Shown one piece after another: positions 33,599 to 45,196 of a stretch of DNA of 64,000 bases. The translations under genes were made by a program, and so were the position numbers. The notes below the pieces were generated by a model. It worked only from the letters and a program-made list of their open reading frames with translations. It was not told the origin of the DNA and did not search any database. Numbering within the stretch: position 1 is the first letter of the stretch; every line of letters begins with the position of its first letter. Source of the stretch: Lepidodermella squamata (lineage: Eukaryota; Animalia; Gastrotricha); contig JBLDXI010000007.1 in the NCBI GenBank assembly GCA_047495785.1, forward strand, positions 1,612,001 through 1,676,000, given 5' to 3'.

Positions 33599-36500
33599 TT
33601 AGACAAGGTGATGCTTACAGTTATTGAAAATCACACGCCACTCTTCGCCGCATTTCCGCGACGCTACCTGAGCGGGACATTGGCCATTCGCATCGCTAAT
33701 CGCCGGGTTCGCCCCAGCTTGAAGCAGCAACTCAGCCGCTTCCAAATCACCCCGCAAAACCGCCACCATCAACGCGGTATAACCATGCGTATTCGTCGCA
33801 TTTATATCAATGCCGCGATCGATTAAAATCCGTGCAGTTGCGGTGTCGTGATTTTTCACCGCCAACATCAATCCGTTGTAGCCATCGGCATCTTTTGCTT
33901 CGATATCAGCACCGGCATCGAGTAACAGCTTCGCCATCAAGCTATTCGCCTTCCATACGCTGATAAGCAGGGCGTTGTAGCCGTGCTGGTCTTTCTGGTC
34001 GACGTTGGCACCTCTTTCGAGCAAAAGGCGGACTAGGGCCATGTCTTCATTTCGAGTAGCGGCAATAAGAGCGGTTTCTTTGTAGACATTTTGATGATTC
34101 ATCTCCACCCCGGCGTCAATTAATAATCTCGCAATTTTCGCGCGTCTATTTTTAGCAGCCACGATTAAAGCTGAATTTTTTAATTCGTCAGTCTGGTGAA
34201 GGGAGGCGCCGTTCCGAATCAAGAGCCTGAAAATTTTAAAATTTTAATTTTAATTAATTTTGATTTTAACTAATTTTAATTTTAATTAATTTTGATTTTA
34301 ACCAATTTTAATTTTAATTAATTTTGATTTTAATTTTAAATTAACTAATTACCTAGCGATTTCAATGTGGCCCTCTCTTGCGGCGATGATAAGTGGCGTG
34401 TAGCCTTGATTCCCACTCAAATTCACATCAGCCCGATTTTCAACAAGAATCCGGGTCATTTCGATGTTGCCATCTTCGACGGCCATTATCAGCGCAATAT
34501 TGCCCTCGCTGTCTCTCGAATTCGGGTCAATTGCGCGTTTTTTCACTAGATACTCGACAACTTGTTGTTGATCACTGCGAATCGCTTCGAATAACGCGTC
34601 GATTGATGTTTGCGGCATTATATCAGCATCGAGGCCGCAGTTGAAGAGCAGCTCTAACACTTCGACATGGCCATTTGAAGCGGCTGATAGAATTGCCGAG
34701 GATACGCCGTCACGAGCACCAAACAATAGCAAAATTTTCACTGTGAAAATTTTAAAATTTCATATAATTATTTGTCAATTTTCAGCCAATAAATGAGCTT
34801 ACCTGAAGCGACATGGCCATTTTCAGCAGCCTTAACGAGGGCAGTTTTCCCACGCTGATCAGTTTGGTCGATCAGACATTCGATGTCTGTTTTAGCTGAA
34901 GATTTCAGAAGCATCTGGATGACTGAGATGTGGCCATTCGAAGCTGCGCGCATCAAGGCAGTCCTTGATTATGCAAAATATTATAATAAATTTGTTGCCT
35001 TTCGAATAAATTCAGGTCCGGCAGCCTTTTACCTGTGGCTATCATCGAATAGCATCGGATTGGCCTTAAATTGCAGCAAAATTTTGACAAGATTAGAGCA
35101 ACCATTTTTTGCCGCTATCATGAGAGATGTGAATCCTCCTTAATAAATAATTAAATTAAAAAAATGATGACCATTGAAAGATAGCTTACGATTATCCCGC
35201 GAATTAACGTTCGCTCCGCTATTCAGCAAAAACTGAGCAATCATCGTGTGTCCGAAGCAAGCAGTCAGAACTGTGAAATTGAAAAAATAGTGTTGGGCCA
35301 TGGGTCATGGGTGTAATCGAATTACTCAATGCACTAGCCCCAGTTTTTCGATACTTCATTTCGATATCCGCGCCAAATTCAACCAATAATTGAACCGCGG
35401 CGATATGGTTATTCTTGACAGCCATCATCAACGCAGTGAGGCCGTCATTAGTCGTCGCATTAATGTCTAGGAGACCCGTCGAAAGCAACAACTTTGACAT
35501 TAACACATCACCTATATTTCAATTTAAAAAAAAATCAGAATTCGGAGAAAAGATAAAAAATCGAGCTATACCTCGATGAGAACTCATCATCAACGCATTT
35601 CGGCCGTAGTTATCCGCAACGGAAATCAGTGACTGTTTGGACCTAGCGAGCAACAGCTTCGCAATGTCGATGAACCCATTTTCGCACGCAGTTTTAAGAA
35701 TTGTCGAGTTACACTCGTCAACTAAACCCGGGTCAGCGCCGTAATTTTCAAGAAGCGCCTTGGCAACATGGCTCTGCCCAGCCTCGGCAGCAAGATGTAA
35801 AGCGGTCAGACCGCAGTGGTCGGTTTTATTGACATTCGCTCCGAGTTGTATCAAGACTTGGCAAGTTTCGAGATGGCCGTTTTCGGCCGCTCTCATTAAA
35901 CCTGTTCTCCCGTTTTCATCCTGAGCATCGACTACGGCACCTTTTTCTATCAGCAATCGAATGATAGGAACGTTGCCCTTCTCAGCTGCGGCAATTCTAG
36001 AGGAAAAATCGTTCGAAATTTCCAGAAAAAAATGAAAAATAAATAGAATGATAACAGTTTTGGATCATTTTCAAATTTCAAATTTCAAAATTTGAGTTTT
36101 TAAATTTTGAATTTTCAAATTTGAATATCGAATATTGAATTTTGAATTTTGAATTTTGAATTTTTAAATTTTTAAAATTTCGAATGTTTGAATTTTTGAA
36201 TTTTTGAATTTTGAATTTTGAATTTTGAATTTTTGAATTTTTGAATTTTGAATTTTGAATTTTGAATCTTGAATTTTGAATTAATTTTGAATATTAAACT
36301 TTTAAATTGTTAAATTTTCGATTTTCAATCTAATTTTTTTTTTAATTTCGGCAACCTAGGACTTACAGCGCTGATACGCCATTATTATCCTTGAAATTGA
36401 GAGTCGCTGGACAAGCCAGAAGAAGCATTTCAACAGCTGGAAGCTGGTTATTCCAAGCTGCGATTTGCAAGGCACTTCTTCCATGCTTATCAACAGCTTT

Positions 36501-39500
36501 TAGGCCCGAAACAGCGCTGCTCTGAAGTAGCATCAGCCGTAGAATTTCCACGTTATCGCCAGTGGCTGCTAACATAAGCGGCGATCGGCCATTTTTATCG
36601 CGCGAATTTACATCGGCGCCGCGATCTAGTAAAATCTTCACGATTTCCGTATTGGAATCGTAAACTGCTCGGCTGTGATAAAAGAAAAAAAATTAACTAT
36701 TATTTTTCCACTCTCAAAAAAGTCCCGTACCCCACTTTTCGGTCCCATTCTAAACGCAAATGTCACTTTATATTTTCATAAATGTCCTTTAATGGGTAAA
36801 GGAACGTGTACATTTTGAAATCTTGCCACTTGTCCCTTTATCGGCTTTAATTGTCCCTTAGTAGGCTAAAGGGACAGTTTCAATGCAAAACAAAACCCGA
36901 ATCAGAGAGAAATTTTGCCAATTGACAAAGGGACATTTTCAGTGCTCAAAAACTAACATATTTTTTAGGTAAAACTAAAAATGTCACTTTGTCATAAAGG
37001 CTGATAAATTTTGTGCATATGCAAATAAATTGGCTGGAATACACGCTGATTACTCAGGAGTGGGGTCAAAGAATAATTTTCAGTGAAATTCCATCTCGCG
37101 TCGATCTTCAATTTGAACCTTGGACTCCATCTACTACCCATGACCACCTTCATCTACCTTTGCTCTTACCACTTCCCTGACACCTCACTTGACGCCCTTC
37201 TAATAGATAATAGATTGTATTAGATTCTGAGCGTTGAAGTTGAGAGGATCTTCTGAACTCAGAAGATCGATAGATCAACAATATGAATAAAAATAATGAA
37301 TGAACCCACGGATGGACTACAAACGTCACTGATAATCATCGAAATAACGGGACCTTTGCGTTTTATCAATCAATATTACGATGAAACGAAGATAAATTTA
37401 ACATTATAGTTGTCTTTGTTCTCCTCCATTGCGTAGAGGAGAATGGGTACGCGGGAAGAACTTTGTCACGTTCTAAGTAAGGGACAATTACTCGATGACA
37501 AAGGGACATTTTAGAAGCTTTTATCACTGCTCGCGGCTAATTTGTCCCTTTATCCCAAAAGAAAGTGACAAAGTTCTTCCCGCGTCTTTATTCTTTTTGT
37601 ATAGGGCTATAACGGGACTTTTATGAGAGTGTTCAGATTCAATAAAAAACCTCAAGGCAGTTTTGCCGAATTCATCAATTGCGTTCAAATCCGCACCAGC
37701 TTCGATAATAAGTTGAACAACTGTCGGATTTCGACTCCAAACAGCCGCCATGAGGGCAGTCCTTCGATGATCATCCACAGCATTGATTTCAAACTCCTTC
37801 TGCTCCAACACAAATTTCACCAAATCCGATTTCCCACTCAAAGCCGCGCTGATTAGAGGTATCAGGGTAGCGTGGCCATTTTTAGGCTGATGAACTTTGG
37901 TTTCTTTGTACAACATTTTCGCTACTTCGAGATGGCCATGTTCCAATGCGATGATTAGCGCTGTTTTCCCATGAGCATCCTTAGTACCAGGATGGGCACC
38001 TGAGTCGAGTAAAAACCGGGTTAAATCAGGCAAACCTCGAGCTGCGGCCATTACCAACGCAGTTCGCCCGAATCTTGGCTCATTCGCGGTTAAAAGACCC
38101 TTCCGATACGGCGCAATTTGTTGACTTTCAATCAACATTTTAACCAAGTCAAAACCGTCGTAAGATGTCGAGTAGACGAAAGATTGGCGGATGAAGGCCT
38201 CCGCGACCTTTGACCTCGCGCAAATTAGACCAAAAGACTTGACTATACCAAATGATCGACGTTCATCCTTAGCCAGGGTGTTCACAAATCGGCTGAATAA
38301 TTCTAACCACGTCGATTCGAAAATTGGCGATTCGTTGTGAGGATTTTGATCTTCGAGTAAGAAGCCGTAAGCGTGTTGAAAAAAATAGTCGCATAAATTG
38401 ATGACGATTAGCTGGCACTCGGAAAATCGCCACAAATAATCGGCTGATTCGACAATGGCGATGATCTTCGTTAGTAGCCGCTTCCTGCCAAGTCGGAGTG
38501 CCTCGTGGAATGTCGACTCGATATTTCCGTTTTCGGCGATAAACGCGGCGGATATCATTGCACATCGCATTTCAGAAACATTTTCACTAAAATTAAAAAT
38601 AACGATAAAAACTAAAAATTTAAATTTAAATTCAACTTTTTCAATTACCCTAATAGAAAATTTCCTAAAAATCAATAATTAATGAGAAAATTATTATCAA
38701 CTGTCAAAACTGTAGTTCTCCAGAAATTCGTATAAAATGGAAAATTTTAATTTCAATTTTCAAATTTCTCAAAATTATAATTCTTATAAGTTTCCTGGTT
38801 TTCGGAATAAAATACCTATTCAAGTTGAGATTTTGACGCTTAGCAGCGAGGCGAAGGGTAGCATTGAATACGATCGAGTGAACGCAGAACAACTTGTTGT
38901 TAGCTTTGTCAGTTGATTCGGATGAAATGAATTCGCCATCGATAAGTGGCCTGATTAGGGATTTTCGACAAAATTCCTGGCAACGTCGTTCAGCTTCAGG
39001 TCGTCCAACTTTCCTATTGAACAAAGCTTTCGAATTTCAAATTTTTTCAGAGATATTTCGAGTCTATACCAAATAAGCATTAAATCATCGATATCAACAG
39101 CTTCACCGGGTTCGAACAGTAGAAAAGATCGCCAAAACGAATTCCCAACCAAAATCGAATCCAGCAATTTCAGAGCAAGTGAATCGATCGAATCATCGCT
39201 GAATTGCATCAAATCTTCCCCGCCCGTGTTATCAATCTCGAATTTACTTTTTATCAGCGAAGCAATCAAAGGCGATCCTTTGCATAATTTCGCTAGTTTT
39301 GGGACATCGCTTTGATTCGGCAATGATTTTTCCAATATTTGAGCCATTTGCGAATCGGGAATTTTCGAAATTTCAATGCAATTTAGCGGCAATTTTTCGT
39401 CCGTATGCAACCCAACTTTTTTGTTTAAAATTGCGACGCAACGAACTACAGGATTCAGATTGGCCATAACGTAGGACAAGGCCTCGATATCCGTAACACT

Positions 39501-40844
39501 GTCGACAACGATTAATATCGACTGATCGGGTAGGAGGCATACATTTCGAGCAATGTGATCGTTGATTTTCGCGAGTAGTGTCTGGTTAATCAGGGCCGAT
39601 GCTGGGCTGTCAAGGTCCAGGCTATCAATGCCGAAAGCTGTCACCTGATCGGTGCCAAGCAATAACCGGCCAATTTCGGTGATTAAGGAGTTACTTGAAG
39701 CTCGAGTTCCGCTAGATGGGGGCGATAGTTGTTGCATATCGAGCCAAATTAAACTGGCAACTCGACATTTTTCGGCGAGAAATTTCGAATCGTAAGCGAT
39801 AGTTGTAACCAGCGATGTAGTGCCAAGGCCAGCATCCCCAACTAGCCACAGAACTTTTTCTACAGCAAAAAAATTGTGAAATTGATCATGAAATAATCCT
39901 GAAAAATTCTTCACCAGTATTAAGCCTTGTAGATTGGTCCAACAATTTTTCAACAGCACTGTAAATCGCGCTTTGTTCGATGCGTTGTAGTCTGAAATCG
40001 GCACTTATAGTCGGAAATTTCCCCAGCCGAGGAATTCTTGAAACAATAAAAATGCACATTGAATCTTGAAGGGTGCCAATTAGACACCCTAAGAGTGTGG
40101 AGCAAAGTCGATATCGATTTCCTGTATCGATTTTTGATTTTACAAAGCAGTGATTTCCGATATCCGATATCAGAGCCCTATAGTTATCTAACGGTACCAG
40201 GAAGCTGAAGAAAAAACCGCAGGGTGAATCATTATTGATCAGGAAATTGAAACAAAATGGGAAAATGTATCGCTGGAACCTCAATTTTAGCCATTTATTA
40301 AGCGATTGGACCCAAGGTAAAAATTAAAAAATTGCAAACCTTGTATTTTCGACGAGGCATTCTGTTATCGTGTCGATAATGCCCTGGTCCGCCTTTGGCA
40401 ATAAATTATGATCATCAATCAAAGCCCGAATTCCATGTGTTCGCAAATCCCTGAAATACATGTTTTGCCATTAATTAATTAAAAAAAATAAAAACCCCAC
40501 CTTAAAAAATCGAAATTTCGAATTTCGTCATGCAATGCCAGAGTTTGAAACATTTTCTCGAGTCGCGTTTCAGGACTGACTTCTTTAGTGATTTGAAGGC
40601 ATTCGGCCGGTGTCAAAGCGCCTGATCGGCAAATGACGCCGAGTAGTCGCTCCATAACGGCGCTGTCTACCGGTCCATGACTCAAATCGAATAGCTTCGT
40701 GATTGCTCGTAAAAAGTCAGCCATTGATAAATTCGGCTGCCCGGTAGTTTTCAAGGATTCAGATTCGTACTTGGCAAAATCAGGCGTTGAAGTTAGCCAA
40801 ACCGGCAGGAAATTTCGATAATAACTAGAATCAATATTATCCAT
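33599..40844 (-). CDS. Apaf-1-like CARD + NB-ARC + ~25 ankyrin repeats (~1649 aa). Exons 40844-40501, 40450-40340, 40204-39915, 39859-39070, 39013-38816, 38586-37651, 36672-36367, 35996-35572, 35511-35326, 35270-35190, 35138-35033, 34963-34803, 34740-34353, 34226-33599
   Basis: All 13 introns are GT-AG and phase-consistent, giving 4950 nt. Motifs: CARD (GALTPAE..R..D..F..L..G..L), P-loop GDAGLGTT, Walker B ILIVVDSV, CKGSPLIASLI, QEFCRKSLI, VHS, then G-TAL-A---GH ankyrin units. A further in-frame 51-bp intron may lie in exon 3. Confidence 0.82.
36070..36300. repeat. Intronic (TTTTGAA)n-type tandem repeat
   Basis: More than 20 imperfect 7-8 bp units within intron 35997-36366. Confidence 0.9.
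36709..37631. mobile_element. Non-autonomous CACTA/CMC-like element (923 bp) in intron 36673-37650
   Basis: TIR CACTCTCA(A/T)AAAAGTCCCGT at both ends; 3-bp TSD TTC (36706-36708, 37632-37634); subterminal AAGGGACA/TGTCCCTT repeats. Confidence 0.8.
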
Positions 40845-41377
40845 GATGTTCAGTCAAGCGTAAAACCAAGGTGCGCATAAATCTGAGAAAATTTCTGCTA
40901 TGCTATTTTGGTGCTATTTCGATGCTATTCATATGCTATGCCGAGTGGTAATTCAAGGGGAAAATTTACCTAGAGTGTTCTGCATAAATGAGCCGTAACC
41001 CTCAGGGCATATAAAGGCTACAAAATCGATTAATTAGATCGGAGTCTCTATAAATTCTAAAGAATAGCACTGAATTCTCTCTTCAAATGTCGAGTTAGAT
41101 TTGCCACAGGTGTTTGTTATTTTAAACTGATTATAAGTCAAGACAACATTACACGTTCATAATATCGCCTGAATAATGTCTGAAACGAGTGAGCAGGTTC
41201 AGTTGTTTTTTTCAACACGTGCATCTCATTCAGAAAACTAGCTGCGCCATATTACGAAAATACCGCTCGACAGAGCACGTGCTCCCGTCAGGTGGTCTAA
41301 TGCTCGTTGAATTAAAATTCTGTATCAAGCTTGTCAAGTAAAAGCATTTTAACCTCACTAAAAATTATAAGAAATTT

Positions 41378-42229
41378 TTATTGAACCTCTTTGCGCATTT
41401 TAGTAAGAATTAGGTCATAGATGGGCAATAAAAGCGCGGCCCCGACAGTTCGAATTGCACTTGAGCCGACCCCGCGATAAAACCCAGCCACGCCGTTTTT
41501 CCGCCAAATTTTGACCCAGCATTGCCACAACGTCAACCCAGACCCATACCTAACTGACAGCCGATGTCGAACAATGTCAAAAGGATAGGCAATAAAACTG
41601 GCTGTTAGCGTTGTTGTTTGCGCAATAGCCCATGAGAAGAAAAACCCGGGCGGGTCGAGTTTGTTCTGTGAAAAAGCTGATATCAGGGTTTCATACAGGC
41701 CAAAATAACACGCTCGCTACACGGTCACGCATTGAAGCGACGGTAAAAAGCCGCGATACCAGCCTCGAAAACTTCGCGTGTAATTACTCTCTGTTAGACT
41801 TGTCAGCTTTTCGCCAATATCCGTCGCGGAAAAACTTGCGCCAAACGCCGAGTACATCGGGTAGAGCGTAACCACAGTTGTCGCGCCAGCCAAAGCTCCG
41901 GCGGCTAGGTTAATCGCGAAAATTCGCTTCGGTGAATGGGGAAAATCTGTCATTTGATCGTCGGTTTGGCGAAGGAGAGCTGCGCGAAATTTCGAGTTGA
42001 AAGCGAACGTAAAACCTTCGATAGGCACGCCACGCATGATGTTGAGGACATTTCCGGACCAGTAGGCCATGTAACGGTTTTGACTGAGTTCTGTTGCCAT
42101 TTCGACGTAATTCGCTACGGGAGAAATTACAGTTTTAGCCGCCACAGTCGCCAGACCAGCCGCCATAAAATCACGTGCAAAATCATTGAAATAAACACTT
42201 CTTTTCAAATCTAAATTCGAGTTTTCCAT
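41378..42229 (-). CDS. Divergent ADP/ATP carrier (SLC25/ANT)-like paralog A, intronless, with one in-frame TAG at 41719-41717 (readthrough, null allele or young pseudogene)
   Basis: DFMAAG..AKT, WSGN, NLAAGALAGATT..YP, YRGFLPS; after the TAG the frame continues RACYFGLYET..SWAIAQ..AYPFDIVRHRL..FYRG..RTVGAALLLPIYD..Q to TAA. Confidence 0.75.
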
Positions 42230-42290
42230 ATTTTTTCTATGAAAAATGAAAAAAATACCATTGGATTTGTGTTTTAATTTTTTTTAAATT

Positions 42291-43404
42291 TTAGGCACTG
42301 TGCCTTTGGTCTTCAAAAGCCTCGTGTTGTTTCATGTTTTTCTTGACAATTCCGTAAAAAACGAGAGTCAGAGACGCGCCAATATTGCGCATGCCACTAG
42401 CCAGGCCGCCCTTGTAAAAACCGCCCTCATTTCGGACACTTTCAACAGCGCGCCACAAGGAAGGCTGGCGATGCAGGCCCCTACCCTCAGCGTGCATGCC
42501 GATGTAATGACGGCGAACCATGTCGAGCGGGTAGACGAAGTAGGCTGTTGCGGTTGTAGTCAGCCAGGCAATGGTCCAGTCAGTGATGAAATTCGAGTTG
42601 CCAGGGTACGTGTTCAGGTAGCTTTGGGCTGTGTCGTAGAAACCGAAATAACCGGCGCGATACAGGGCGGAGCAGCCGAGGGAAGGCAACAGGCCACGGT
42701 AAACCCCGAAAAAACCATGCGATCGAAGTTTAGCTGAAACAATTCCAAAAATAAAAAATTTGAAAATTGGGTGAAACTTTTAAATTCATAAAATTCATTG
42801 TAAAATTAAAATTAAAATTGAATAAAATTAAATTAAAAAAATAAATTAAATTAAAAATAAATTTATAAAATTTCAAATTTAACTAAATTTTGAAAATTTA
42901 ATTTAATTCAATTTGAATTATACCGAGAACAGCTTTTTGGTAAGTTTTGAGGCGATGATGGCCAATAGGCTTCGTCTCGTCTAGCTCCAATATTGGCGAT
43001 GTAACAGGATAGACAATCAGAACCGTGCTCAAACCAGCCGCAGCTCCGGCCGCTAAGTTGGCCCCGGCAAATTTGTAAAAATCAACGCCAGAATCCGTGC
43101 TTTGCGTTGTTTGAAACGCGCGTTTGTAGTGGTCGTAGAAAGAAAATGCGATGCCGTCGATGAACATTGTTCGGGGCAGGCTGCGTAGGTTATCTGACCA
43201 GAAGTAGCGGTCGTAGTGCGGCTGGGAAACCAGGCTGCCGTATAGCTTCACGCGTTCAACGCCGGCAAACATGAATTTACCGACCCCGGTGGCTAGGGCG
43301 CCGGCGAGAAAGTCACGTGACATGGCGTGGGCCATGTCGAACTGCGAGCCTTCCGGCGCATGGGGAACGACTGAATCTAGGTTTGAAGCTGCTGTAGAAT
43401 TCAT
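42291..43404 (-). CDS. Divergent ADP/ATP carrier (SLC25/ANT)-like paralog B; exons 43404-42924 and 42733-42291 (307 aa)
   Basis: DFLAG..ERVKL, NLAAGAAAG..VYP, YRG..YRAGYFGFYDTA, YPLDMVRR, FYKG; phase-1 GT-AG intron joins in frame. Confidence 0.85.
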
Positions 43405-44446
43405 GACTGTAAAGCAAACAATTATAAACAGAGCTCGAAGTTGAACTGAGACTGAGACGTGAGGCCATAGGTTACGCAATTGATTGCCTAACAAACGGAA
43501 AAATCAGAGAAAACGTGTCGGTTTTTTCAGGACAAAATGAAAATAATTTGCGCGAGTGTCTGAATTGTCGAAACTGCCGATACTGGCTGAATAAACCTTC
43601 GAGGAGGTAGCAAAAGTTTTTTCATAATTTTTTCCATCGGACCACCTTTCGTCCTGCACAAACCTCACGGCGATCGGAATTTGAATTAATTTTTGGAAAA
43701 TCTTCCAAGCGGATTTCAACGTAGCGTGTGCATTTCAAACAAAAATCTTATTCGGATTATTAAATAGCCAAGAATAGATAAAATCACTTTTGGTCTCAAA
43801 TTTCAAAACCTTCCAAGGAAAGGCAGACTGTGAATGGCGGAAAAGATGTAGTTTTTTTACCAAGAATTTATCCTTCGTTACGGGTTACGGTACCCTGACC
43901 AGGTTTTTTCCATCTTTAATCTTCAATTTCATGTAAAAATTTGTGAGGAAATTCCGTCTGACTCTTTCATGTCACTTGTTAACGAAACTCCAGCCGTGGT
44001 AAATAGTCATGAATTTTCCTCATTCGATATTCGATCGAACTCCGCCTTATAAATTGTTTGCAAAAGTTGCATTCAGGCGGTCGTATTTTTTATGCCTCGG
44101 GAGTTCGAAGACATTATTCTTCGACCTCATCGCAGCAAAATCGGCGACGCAACGCGCGCTACGGCGCATAAAAAACAGCACACGTGTGATAATCGCTAAT
44201 CATGCGAAATAAGACAGAGGTAATAAAAATTAACGGGTTGCCGCTCATTTTTCTGCTATAACGCAATTTCCACGCCGCATAAAGCGGCGAAGATAAATGG
44301 TCACCTGTCAAGAAGTGGAATCACTGGTTCGGAAGAGCTGCGAATCACCCTAATTAGTACATGTCCTCGGTATAAAATGGCGAGAAAAGTCTCTAGAACC
44401 ACACATTTTCGCGCAGTCTTTCTACTTGCATTTTTTTATTCGCATA

Positions 44447-45196
44447 ATGACAAACCTCAACATTTTCGGCGCTGTCCTAATGGCTGTGTTGGCCATCGTC
44501 GTTGCAAGACCTAGCCGTATTAGGTCGATCCGTGACGATTGGGGCAATTCGGCAGAATTCGCAAAATGCTCCACGCCTGAAGTTGCGAAAAAGAACTGCC
44601 CGGAAGATCTGTGCCCTCTCATGTTGAAATCAGCGTTCGTTCTTCAAAGCCCTATTTGCTCAAGTAAGAATTTCTTATAATTTTTATAAATATAATCTGG
44701 TTTTACCCCCTGGTTTACAGAGGAATTGAAGAAGCTGAACTGCACTGTAGTTCAATGCTTCGGCAAATGCGATGTTAAGTTCAGCCGTGATGGCAAGGCC
44801 GTCGATTGCTGGGGCGATTTCGATGATGTCCAATTTGAGGAGGATAAACAGAGTCAGAAGGAAGAAGAGCCACTCGAGTTGGGCTTCAACGACGACGAGG
44901 AGGAAGAACAAGATCAGGACACCAAGTTCGACATTGTTAACGACGACATTTACTACGATCAAGAGGACGAGCTGGAAAAGCGGGTCACCCGTAGCAACAT
45001 CGAAAAGCGGGGCACGAGGTTCGCGGACATGCAAAAACGGGGTGTCACTCGTAGCAGCATCGAAAAGCGCGGCACGAGGTTCGCGAACATCGAAAAGCGG
45101 GGCACAAGGTTCGCGGACATGCAAAAACGGGGTGTCACTCCTAGCGGCATCCAAAAGCTGTCGCCTGCAAAATTTGCCTTTCGTCAGTACTACTGA
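44447..45196 (+). CDS. Secreted prepropeptide: signal + 8-Cys domain + acidic spacer + KR-flanked repeat peptides; exons 44447-44663 and 44721-45196 (230 aa)
   Basis: TATAAAA at ~44371; signal peptide; phase-1 57-bp intron; six KR sites mostly at 10-aa (30-bp) spacing. Confidence 0.85.
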
